A stretch of 64,000 nt of DNA from Escherichia coli (GTDB lineage Bacteria > Pseudomonadota > Gammaproteobacteria > Enterobacterales > Enterobacteriaceae), in NCBI RefSeq assembly GCF_003991155.1, contig NZ_CP031293.1. The stretch is one strand, 5' to 3'. Made by a program: the position numbers and the translations under genes. How positions within the stretch are numbered: position 1 is the stretch's first letter; every line of letters starts with the position of its first letter. Shown piece after piece: positions 55,273 to 64,000 of this stretch. The notes under the pieces were generated by a model. The model searched no databases. It was not told where the DNA came from and was given only the letters and a program-made list of their open reading frames with translations.

Positions 55273-56277
55273 TTAAATAAGAGACTGCGTTTCCGCATAG
55301 CCGAAACGAATATTGGCGCACTGTACCGCTTGTGCCGCCGCGCCTTTCAGTAAGTTGTCTTCGGTCGCCACAATAATCAGATGCTCGCCCTGAACGGCAA
55401 ACCCGATATCGCAAAATGGCAGCCCAACGACATTTTTCAGCGCCGGAACGCCTTTGTCATACAGCCGCACCAGCGGTTTATGGGCATACGCCTGCTGTAA
55501 CACTTGCGCGACTTGCGCCTGGGTCACACCCGATTTCAGGCGGCAGGTAATAGTTTCGAGAATGCCGCGCGGGAAATTGCCCAGATGTGGGGTGAAGATA
55601 ACGTCAGCACCGAGGTGTGTGGCGATCTCTGGTTGATGGCGATGGGTAAAGACGCCATACGGTTGCAGGCTAACTTCACAAAAACTATTTGAAATCGCTG
55701 CCTTACGTCCTGCACCGCTCACGCCGCTGGTAGCGTTGATTACCGGCCACTGATTGAGGTCAAGAATATCGGCATCAATCAACGGTTTCAGCGCCAGCTG
55801 TGCCGCCGTCGGATAACAGCCTGGCACGGCAATCAAGTTCGCTTCTTTTAATTTATTACCGCACCACTCCGCCAGACCGTAGGCTGCCTGTTCCAGCAGT
55901 TCCGGATACTGATGGGTAAAGCCGTAATATTTTTCATAGAAGGTGGCGTCGTTAACACGAAACGCGCCGGAAAGGTCGAACACCACGCAGCCGGCTTCAA
56001 GAAATTGCGGCGCTAAATCGTGGCTAACTTCATGGGCGGTGGCGAGAAACACCACGTCCACCCCTGGGCTAAACTCGCTGATATCCGACATCGGCTGCAA
56101 CGGCAGATCAACGATGCCTTTTAGCTGCGGATGCAAATCGGAGATTAACTTTCCCGCATCATTGCTTTGCGCTGAAACAGTCAAAGCGGTTATGTTCATA
56201 TGCGGATGGCGATTTACATAGGTCACTAGCTCTGCGCCAGCGTAGCCGCTGGCACCCACAATCAGCGTATTCAACAT
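55273..56277 (-). CDS. argC: N-acetyl-gamma-glutamyl-phosphate reductase
   Basis: 334-aa [41 protein letters not shown]. Confidence 0.98.
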   Translation of the reverse strand: MLNTLIVGASGYAGAELVTYVNRHPHMNITALTVSAQSNDAGKLISDLHPQLKGIVDLPLQPMSDISEFSPGVDVVFLATAHEVSHDLAPQFLEAGCVVFDLSGAFRVNDATFYEKYYGFTHQYPELLEQAAYGLAEWCGNKLKEANLIAVPGCYPTAAQLALKPLIDADILDLNQWPVINATSGVSGAGRKAAISNSFCEVSLQPYGVFTHRHQPEIATHLGADVIFTPHLGNFPRGILETITCRLKSGVTQAQVAQVLQQAYAHKPLVRLYDKGVPALKNVVGLPFCDIGFAVQGEHLIIVATEDNLLKGAAAQAVQCANIRFGYAETQSLI

Positions 56278-56369
56278 CGGGGCTATTCACCTTCTTATGT
56301 CTGGTTGCCAGGTTAAACGTAAAACATTCACCTTACGGCTGGTGGGTTTTATTACGCTCAACGTTAGTG

Positions 56370-56410
56370 TATTTTTATTCATAAATACTGCATGAATATT
56401 GATACTATCA
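56370..56410. promoter_or_regulatory. ArgR operator (ARG boxes) in the divergent argCBH / argE control region
   Basis: TTATTCATAAATACTGCATGAATATTGATA contains tandem TGAAT/ATTCA half-sites between the divergent arg genes. Confidence 0.55.
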
Positions 56411-56430
56411 TGACCAGAGGTGTGTCAACA

Positions 56431-57582
56431 ATGAAAAACAAATTACCGCCATTTATCGAGATTTACCGTGCTCTGATTGCCACACCTTCAATAAGCGCCA
56501 CGGAAGAGGCACTCGATCAAAGCAATGCAGATTTAATCACTCTGCTGGCGGACTGGTTTAAAGATTTAGGCTTCAATGTGGAAGTGCAGCCTGTGCCAGG
56601 AACTCGCAACAAATTTAATATGCTGGCAAGTACCGGACAGGGGGCTGGCGGTTTGTTGCTGGCGGGGCATACCGATACGGTGCCATTTGATGACGGACGC
56701 TGGACGCGCGATCCGTTTACACTGACGGAGCATGACGGCAAGCTTTACGGCTTAGGCACCGCCGACATGAAAGGCTTTTTTGCGTTTATCCTTGATGCGC
56801 TACGCGATGTCGACGTCACGAAGCTTGCAAAACCGCTCTACATTCTGGCGACTGCCGATGAAGAAACCAGTATGGCCGGAGCGCGTTATTTTGCCGAAAC
56901 TACCGCCCTGCGCCCGGATTGCGCCATCATTGGCGAACCGACGTCACTACAACCGGTACGCGCACATAAAGGTCATATCTCTAACGCCATCCGTATTCAG
57001 GGCCAGTCGGGCCACTCCAGCGATCCGGCACGCGGAGTTAACGCTATCGAACTGATGCACGACGCCATCGGGCATATTTTGCAATTGCGCGATAAGCTGA
57101 AAGAACGTTATCACTACGAAGCGTTTACCGTGCCATACCCCACGCTCAACCTCGGGCATATTCACGGTGGCGACGCTTCTAACCGTATTTGTGCTTGCTG
57201 TGAGTTGCATATGGATATTCGTCCGCTGCCGGGCATGACACTCAATGAACTTAATGGCCTACTCAACGATGCGCTGGCTCCGGTGAGCGAACGCTGGCCG
57301 GGTCGTCTGACGGTCGACGAGCTGCATCCGCCGATCCCTGGCTATGAATGCCCGCCAAATCATCAACTGGTTGAAGTAGTTGAGAAATTGCTCGGAGCAA
57401 AGACCGAAGTGGTGAATTACTGTACCGAAGCGCCGTTTATTCAAACGTTATGCCCGACGCTGGTTCTGGGGCCTGGCTCAATTAATCAGGCTCATCAACC
57501 TGATGAATATCTGGAAACACGGTTTATCAAGCCCACCCGCGAACTGATAACCCAGGTAATTCACCATTTTTGCTGGCATTAA
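56431..57582 (+). CDS. argE: Acetylornithine deacetylase
   Basis: Start set at [23 protein letters not shown] (383 aa) within the track ORF. Confidence 0.97.
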   Translation: MKNKLPPFIEIYRALIATPSISATEEALDQSNADLITLLADWFKDLGFNVEVQPVPGTRNKFNMLASTGQGAGGLLLAGHTDTVPFDDGRWTRDPFTLTEHDGKLYGLGTADMKGFFAFILDALRDVDVTKLAKPLYILATADEETSMAGARYFAETTALRPDCAIIGEPTSLQPVRAHKGHISNAIRIQGQSGHSSDPARGVNAIELMHDAIGHILQLRDKLKERYHYEAFTVPYPTLNLGHIHGGDASNRICACCELHMDIRPLPGMTLNELNGLLNDALAPVSERWPGRLTVDELHPPIPGYECPPNHQLVEVVEKLLGAKTEVVNYCTEAPFIQTLCPTLVLGPGSINQAHQPDEYLETRFIKPTRELITQVIHHFCWH

Positions 57583-57617
57583 AAAAGCAAATCAGGCTGA
57601 TGACAAAGCCATGCAAG

Positions 57618-57690
57618 CGCACGGACAGTCCCCTCGCCCCTTCGGGGAGAGGGTTAGGGTGAGGGGAAAACCGTGCCCATACTGACCCGT
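57618..57690. repeat. GC-rich imperfect palindromic intergenic repeat (Box C / REP-like)
   Basis: GCACGGACAGTCCCCTCGCCCCTTCGGGGAGAGGGTTAGGGTGAGGGGAAAACCGTGCC: nested inverted repeats (CACGG...CCGTG; CCCCTTCGGGG) just after the argE stop. Confidence 0.4.
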
Positions 57691-57993
57691 AAGCGAGTTT
57701 GTCAGCAATCTCAAATGATGCCCAAATGGTAACTACAACTCATAACTCTTTGGTGTTACTTGAGGCGATTTTTTAACATTTCCATAAGTTACGCTTATTT
57801 AAAGCGTCGTGAATTTAATGGCGTAAATTCCTGCTATTTATTCGTTTGCTGAAGCGATTTCGCAGCATTTGACGTCATCGCTTTTACGTGGCTTTATAAA
57901 AGACGACGAAAAGCAAAGCCCGAGCATATTCGCGCCAATGCGACGTGAAGGATACAGGGCTATCAAACGATAAGATGGGGTGTCTGGGGTAAT

Positions 57994-60645
57994 ATGAACG
58001 AACAATATTCCGCATTGCGTAGTAATGTCAGTATGCTCGGCAAAGTGCTGGGAGAAACCATCAAGGATGCGTTGGGAGAACACATTCTTGAACGCGTAGA
58101 AACTATCCGTAAGTTGTCCAAATCTTCACGCGCTGGCAATGATGCTAACCGCCAGGAGTTGCTCACCACCTTACAAAATTTGTCGAACGACGAGCTGCTG
58201 CCCGTTGCGCGTGCGTTTAGTCAATTCCTGAACCTGGCCAACACCGCCGAGCAATACCACAGCATTTCGCCGAAAGGCGAAGCTGCCAGCAACCCGGAAG
58301 TGATCGCCCGCACCCTGCGTAAACTGAAAAACCAGCCGGAACTGAGCGAAGACACCATCAAAAAAGCAGTGGAATCGCTGTCGCTGGAACTGGTCCTCAC
58401 GGCTCACCCAACCGAAATTACCCGTCGTACACTGATCCACAAAATGGTGGAAGTGAACGCCTGTTTAAAACAGCTCGATAACAAAGATATCGCTGACTAC
58501 GAACACAACCAGCTGATGCGTCGCCTGCGCCAGTTGATCGCCCAGTCATGGCATACAGATGAAATCCGTAAGCTGCGTCCAAGCCCGGTAGATGAAGCCA
58601 AATGGGGCTTTGCCGTAGTAGAAAACAGCCTGTGGCAAGGCGTACCGAATTACTTGCGCGAACTGAACGAACAACTGGAAGAGAATCTCGGCTACAAACT
58701 GCCCGTCGAATTTGTTCCGGTCCGTTTTACCTCGTGGATGGGCGGTGACCGCGACGGCAACCCGAACGTCACTGCCGATATCACCCGCCACGTCCTGCTG
58801 CTCAGTCGCTGGAAAGCCACCGATCTGTTCCTGAAAGATATTCAGGTGCTGGTTTCTGAACTGTCGATGGTTGAAGCGACCCCTGAACTGCTGGCGCTGG
58901 TTGGTGAAGAGGGTGCCGCAGAACCGTATCGCTATCTGATGAAAAACCTGCGTTCTCGCCTGATGGCGACACAGGCATGGCTGGAAGCGCGCCTGAAAGG
59001 CGAAGAACTGCCAAAACCAGAAGGTCTGCTGACACAAAACGAAGAACTGTGGGAACCGCTCTACGCTTGCTACCAGTCCCTTCAGGCGTGTGGCATGGGT
59101 ATTATCGCCAATGGCGATCTGCTCGACACCCTGCGCCGCGTGAAATGTTTCGGTGTACCGCTGGTCCGTATTGATATCCGTCAGGAGAGCACCCGTCATA
59201 CCGAAGCGCTGGGCGAACTGACCCGCTACCTCGGTATCGGCGACTATGAAAGCTGGTCAGAGGCCGACAAACAGGCGTTCCTGATCCGCGAACTGAACTC
59301 CAAACGCCCTCTTCTGCCGCGTAACTGGCAACCGAGCGCCGAAACGCGCGAAGTGCTCGATACCTGCCAGGTAATTGCTGAAGCACCGCAAGGTTCCATT
59401 GCCGCCTACGTAATCTCGATGGCAAAAACGCCGTCCGACGTACTGGCTGTACACCTGCTGCTGAAAGAAGCGGGTATTGGATTTGCGATGCCGGTTGCAC
59501 CGCTGTTTGAAACCCTCGATGACCTGAACAACGCCAACGATGTCATGACCCAGCTGCTCAATATCGACTGGTATCGCGGCCTGATTCAGGGCAAACAGAT
59601 GGTGATGATTGGCTATTCCGACTCAGCAAAAGATGCGGGCGTGATGGCAGCTTCCTGGGCGCAATATCAGGCACAGGATGCATTAATCAAAACCTGCGAA
59701 AAAGCGGGTATTGAGCTGACGTTGTTCCACGGTCGCGGCGGTTCCATTGGTCGCGGCGGCGCACCTGCTCATGCGGCGCTGCTGTCACAACCGCCAGGAA
59801 GCCTGAAAGGTGGCCTGCGCGTGACTGAACAGGGCGAGATGATCCGCTTTAAATATGGTCTGCCAGAAATCACCGTCAGCAGCCTGTCGCTGTACACCGG
59901 GGCGATTCTGGAAGCCAACCTGCTGCCACCGCCTGAGCCGAAAGAGAGCTGGCGTCGCATTATGGATGAACTGTCAGTCATCTCCTGCGATCTCTACCGT
60001 GGCTACGTACGTGAAAACAAAGATTTTGTGCCTTACTTCCGCTCCGCTACGCCGGAACAGGAACTGGGCAAACTGCCGTTGGGTTCACGTCCGGCGAAAC
60101 GTCGCCCAACCGGCGGCGTCGAGTCACTGCGCGCCATTCCGTGGATTTTTGCCTGGACACAAAACCGCCTGATGCTCCCCGCCTGGCTGGGTGCAGGTAC
60201 GGCGCTGCAAAAAGTGGTCGAAGATGGCAAACAGAGCGAGCTGGAAGCCATGTGCCGCGATTGGCCATTCTTCTCGACGCGTCTCGGCATGCTGGAGATG
60301 GTCTTCGCCAAAGCAGACCTGTGGCTGGCGGAATACTATGACCAACGCCTGGTCGACAAAGCACTGTGGCCGTTAGGTAAAGAGTTACGCAATCTGCAAG
60401 AAGAAGACATCAAAGTAGTGCTGGCGATTGCCAACGATTCTCACCTGATGGCCGATCTGCCGTGGATTGCAGAGTCTATTCAGCTACGGAATATTTACAC
60501 CGACCCGCTGAACGTATTGCAGGCCGAGTTGCTGCACCGCTCCCGCCAGGCAGAAAAAGAAGGCCAGGAACCGGATCCTCGCGTCGAGCAGGCGTTAATG
60601 GTCACTATTGCCGGGATTGCGGCAGGTATGCGTAATACCGGCTAA
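57994..60645 (+). CDS. ppc: Phosphoenolpyruvate carboxylase
   Basis: 883-aa [46 protein letters not shown]...; C-terminal ...MRNTG. Confidence 0.99.
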
Positions 60646-60662
60646 TCTTCCTCTCCTGCAAA

Positions 60663-60692
60663 CCCTCGTGCTTTTGCGCGAGGGTTTTCTGA
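60663..60692 (+). terminator. ppc rho-independent terminator
   Basis: CCCTCGTGC-TTTT-GCGCGAGGG hairpin followed by TTTTCT, 18 nt after the ppc stop. Confidence 0.75.
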
Positions 60693-60827
60693 AATACTTC
60701 TGTTCTAACACCCTCGTTTTCAATATATTTCTGTCTGCATTTTATTCAAATTCTGGATATCCCTTCAGATATCCTTAAGGAATTGTCGGTACATTCGGCG
60801 ATATTTTTTTCAAGACAGGTTCTTACT

Positions 60828-62561
60828 ATGCATTCCACAGAAGTCCAGGCTAAACCCCTTTTTAGCTGGAAAGCCCTGGGTTGGGCACTGCTCTACTTTT
60901 GGTTTTTCTCTACTCTGCTACAGGCCATTATTTACATCAGTGGTTATAGTGGCACTAACGGCATTCGCGACTCGCTGTTATTCAGTTCGCTGTGGTTGAT
61001 CCCGGTATTCCTCTTTCCGAAGCGGATCAAAATTATTGCCGCAGTGATCGGCGTGGTGCTATGGGCGGCCTCTCTGGCGGCGCTGTGCTACTACGTCATC
61101 TACGGTCAGGAGTTCTCGCAGAGCGTTCTGTTTGTGATGTTTGAAACCAACACCAACGAAGCCAGCGAGTATTTAAGCCAGTATTTCAGCCTGAAAATTG
61201 TGCTTATCGCGCTGGCCTATACGGCGGTGGCAGTTCTGCTGTGGACACGCCTGCGCCCGGTCTATATTCCAAAGCCGTGGCGTTATGTTGTCTCTTTTGC
61301 CCTGCTTTATGGCTTGATTCTGCATCCGATCGCCATGAATACGTTTATCAAAAACAAGCCGTTTGAGAAAACGTTGGATAACCTGGCATCGCGTATGGAG
61401 CCTGCCGCACCGTGGCAATTCCTGACCGGCTATTATCAGTATCGTCAGCAACTAAACTCGCTAACAAAGCTACTGAATGAAAATAATGCATTGCCGCCAC
61501 TGGCTAATTTCAAAGATGAATCGGGTAACGAACCGCGCACCTTAGTGCTGGTGATTGGCGAGTCGACCCAGCGTGGACGCATGAGTCTGTACGGTTATCC
61601 GCGTGAAACCACGCCGGAGCTGGATGCGCTGCATAAAACCGATCCGAATCTGACCGTGTTTAATAACGTGGTGACGTCTCGTCCATACACCATTGAAATC
61701 CTGCAACAGGCGCTGACCTTTGCCAATGAAAAGAACCCGGATCTGTATCTGACGCAACCGTCGCTAATGAACATGATGAAACAGGCGGGGTATAAAACCT
61801 TCTGGATCACCAACCAGCAGACGATGACCGCCCGCAATACCATGCTGACGGTATTTTCGCGCCAGACCGACAAGCAGTACTACATGAACCAGCAACGTAC
61901 GCAGAGTGCGCGTGAATACGACACCAACGTGCTGAAGCCGTTCCAGGAAGTGCTGAAGGACCCGGCACCGAAGAAACTGATCATCGTTCATCTGCTGGGT
62001 ACGCATATCAAATACAAATACCGCTACCCGGAAAATCAGGGCAAGTTTGATGGCAATACCGATCATGTTCCGCCTGGATTAAGCGCAGAAGAGCTGGAGT
62101 CATATAATGATTATGACAATGCTAACCTGTATAACGATCATGTGGTTGCCAGCCTGATTAAAGACTTTAAAGCGGCAGACCCGAACGGATTCCTGGTTTA
62201 CTTCTCTGACCACGGTGAAGAGGTTTACGACACGCCGCCGCATAAAACCCAGGGGCGTAATGAGGACAACCCGACGCGTCATATGTACACCATTCCGTTC
62301 CTGCTGTGGACGTCAGAAAAATGGCAAGCGACTCATCCGCGTGATTTCTCGCAGGATGTTGATCGTAAATACAGCCTTGCGGAACTGATCCACACCTGGT
62401 CAGATTTGGCGGGCTTATCTTACGACGGTTACGATCCAACCCGTTCAGTGGTGAATCCGCAGTTCAAAGAAACTACCCGCTGGATTGGTAACCCGTACAA
62501 GAAAAACGCGCTGATCGATTACGACACTCTGCCGTATGGCGATCAGGTGGGTAATCAGTAA
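60828..62561 (+). CDS. eptC: Phosphoethanolamine transferase EptC (YijP)
   Basis: Start set at MHSTEVQAKPLFSW (577 aa); N-terminal TM segments plus a sulfatase-like periplasmic domain. Confidence 0.93.
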   Translation: MHSTEVQAKPLFSWKALGWALLYFWFFSTLLQAIIYISGYSGTNGIRDSLLFSSLWLIPVFLFPKRIKIIAAVIGVVLWAASLAALCYYVIYGQEFSQSVLFVMFETNTNEASEYLSQYFSLKIVLIALAYTAVAVLLWTRLRPVYIPKPWRYVVSFALLYGLILHPIAMNTFIKNKPFEKTLDNLASRMEPAAPWQFLTGYYQYRQQLNSLTKLLNENNALPPLANFKDESGNEPRTLVLVIGESTQRGRMSLYGYPRETTPELDALHKTDPNLTVFNNVVTSRPYTIEILQQALTFANEKNPDLYLTQPSLMNMMKQAGYKTFWITNQQTMTARNTMLTVFSRQTDKQYYMNQQRTQSAREYDTNVLKPFQEVLKDPAPKKLIIVHLLGTHIKYKYRYPENQGKFDGNTDHVPPGLSAEELESYNDYDNANLYNDHVVASLIKDFKAADPNGFLVYFSDHGEEVYDTPPHKTQGRNEDNPTRHMYTIPFLLWTSEKWQATHPRDFSQDVDRKYSLAELIHTWSDLAGLSYDGYDPTRSVVNPQFKETTRWIGNPYKKNALIDYDTLPYGDQVGNQ

Positions 62562-62709
62562 ATGACCTATGTATCGCGTCTGGCGCTATTTGCCGGATGC
62601 GATACTGGCACAATGTTTACATCGAACTCCCCTCAGGCCACACTTTTCAGGTGGCCTTTTTTCATAATGCCAGTTACTGTTTTCCCGTCTACATACCTAA
62701 GGGAATAAC

Positions 62710-63561
62710 ATGTATCACGACGTCAGCTATCTGCTCTCCCGCCTGATCAACGGCCCGCTGTCCCTGCGCCAGATTTACTTTGCCAGCAGTAACGGCCCGG
62801 TGCCCGATCTTGCGTATCAGGTCGATTTTCCACGTCTGGAAATTGTGCTGGAAGGTGAGTTTGTTGATACCGGCGCTGGAGCAACGTTAGTTCCCGGCGA
62901 TGTGCTGTACGTTGCCGCTGGTGGCTGGAATTTCCCACAATGGAAAACACCCGCTACCACCTTTAGCGTGCTGTTTGGCAAACAGCAACTCGGCTTCAGC
63001 GTCGTGCAATGGGATGGCAAACAATATCAAAATCTGGCGAAGCAACACGTCGCCCGACGCGGCCCGCGCATTGGTTCTTTTCTGCTACAAACGCTCAATG
63101 AAATGCAAATGCAGTCGCAGGAGCAGCAAACGGCCAGACTTATCGTCGCCAGCCTGCTTAGCCACTGCCGCGATTTGCTCGGCAGCCAAATACAGACCGC
63201 CTCACGCAGCCAGGCTCTATTCGAAGCTATTCGTGATTATATCGACGAACGCTATGCCTCCGCACTTACCCGCGAATCTGTCGCACAGGCGTTCTATATT
63301 TCGCCAAATTACCTCTCGCACCTGTTTCAAAAAACGGGGGCCATTGGTTTTAACGAATACCTGAATCACACGCGACTGGAGCACGCTAAGACATTATTGA
63401 AAGGTTATGACCTGAAGGTAAAAGAAGTGGCGCACGCCTGCGGCTTTGTCGACAGCAACTACTTCTGCCGTCTGTTTCGTAAAAATACCGAACGCTCACC
63501 GTCGGAATATCGTCGGCAGTACCACAGCCAACTGACAGAAAAACCGACTACTCCAGAATAA
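62710..63561 (+). CDS. yijO: AraC-family transcriptional regulator YijO
   Basis: 283-aa ORF with a C-terminal AraC-type HTH (...YLSHLFQKTGAIGFNEYLNHTRLEHAKTLL...). Confidence 0.9.
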   Translation: MYHDVSYLLSRLINGPLSLRQIYFASSNGPVPDLAYQVDFPRLEIVLEGEFVDTGAGATLVPGDVLYVAAGGWNFPQWKTPATTFSVLFGKQQLGFSVVQWDGKQYQNLAKQHVARRGPRIGSFLLQTLNEMQMQSQEQQTARLIVASLLSHCRDLLGSQIQTASRSQALFEAIRDYIDERYASALTRESVAQAFYISPNYLSHLFQKTGAIGFNEYLNHTRLEHAKTLLKGYDLKVKEVAHACGFVDSNYFCRLFRKNTERSPSEYRRQYHSQLTEKPTTPE

Positions 63562-63889
63562 GATGGGTTTGCTGCGGCGCAGAAAGCACTTTGCGTACCG
63601 CGCTCATCACCCGCTGCGGCTCACGCAGGAAAGCGTAGATGCTGCATTGCACATAGCGGCAATGTTCAAATCGCTCAGCACCGGCAAGCTCGATATCCGT
63701 AATTAACAGCGCAACATCCGCCCGACGGATATCCTCGTCCGCTAAACGATTCTCCGTCCCCAGCGCGCCCTGAGTTTCAATGCTGACTCCCCACTTCTCT
63801 AACTGGCACAACTTTTCCAGCCGTTCCGCCGCCATATAAGTATGCGCCACGCCGCTTACGCAGGCGGTTACTGCCACCAGATATGCCAT
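63548..63889 (-). CDS. frwD: PTS fructose-like EIIB component
   Basis: 113-aa ORF MAYLVAVTACVSGVAHTYMAAERLEKL; convergent 14-bp overlap with yijO. Confidence 0.92.
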   Translation of the reverse strand: MAYLVAVTACVSGVAHTYMAAERLEKLCQLEKWGVSIETQGALGTENRLADEDIRRADVALLITDIELAGAERFEHCRYVQCSIYAFLREPQRVMSAVRKVLSAPQQTHLILE

Positions 63890-63890
63890 T

Positions 63891-64000
63891 TTAACCTCCC
63901 ACGGTAACCTGAAATCCGGCCCGTTCTGCCATTTCGCGCATCGTTGTCACATCGGCTGACGACGGCGCAGACACCTCTTTCATCGACCATGTTTTCCCCA
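63891..64000 (-). CDS. pflC: Pyruvate formate-lyase 2 activating enzyme, C-terminal fragment (5' end beyond window)
   Basis: Minus-strand frame ends ...MREMAERAGFQVTVGG* 1 nt before the frwD ATG; identity from synteny only. Confidence 0.6.
   Translation of the reverse strand, partial: GKTWSMKEVSAPSSADVTTMREMAERAGFQVTVGG

Overview
This window is an Escherichia coli chromosomal segment colinear with, and in reverse orientation to, the K-12 zraS–pflC region (gene order and K-12 comparisons are from memory; no database search was run). The conserved backbone is zraS'–zraP–yjaH–hupA–yjaG–nfi–hemE–nudC–rsd–thiCEFSGH, then rpoC–rpoB–rplLJAK–nusG–secE–tufB–tRNAs(thrT glyT tyrU thrU)–coaA–birA–murB–rrnB–murI–btuB–trmA–yijD–fabR–sthA–oxyR/oxyS, then argHBC/argE–ppc–eptC–yijO–frwD–pflC'. 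Two segments have no counterpart in the K-12 order as I recall it, and neither carries an integrase or transposase. Island A (about 12.4–19.0 kb, between thiH and the rpoC terminator, where K-12 has htrC/yjaZ) holds a cupin-like gene plus a tightly coupled three-gene operon: a DeoR-HTH::ribokinase-fold fusion protein, an NCS1-family permease and an 884-aa cytoplasmic hydrolase-like protein of unassigned family. This is the best candidate for an undescribed uptake and catabolic or salvage system, with the fusion protein as a possible one-component sensor-regulator. Island B (about 50.0–53.0 kb, between oxyS and argH) holds an RspA/ManD-like enolase-superfamily dehydratase and an anion:cation-symporter-type MFS transporter behind a very AT-rich upstream region. 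Known regulatory RNAs and sites (TPP and cobalamin riboswitches, OxyS, sigma54/ZraR sites, rrnB P1/P2, ribosomal-operon attenuators) are recognisable; RpoB rifampicin-cluster residues are wild type.
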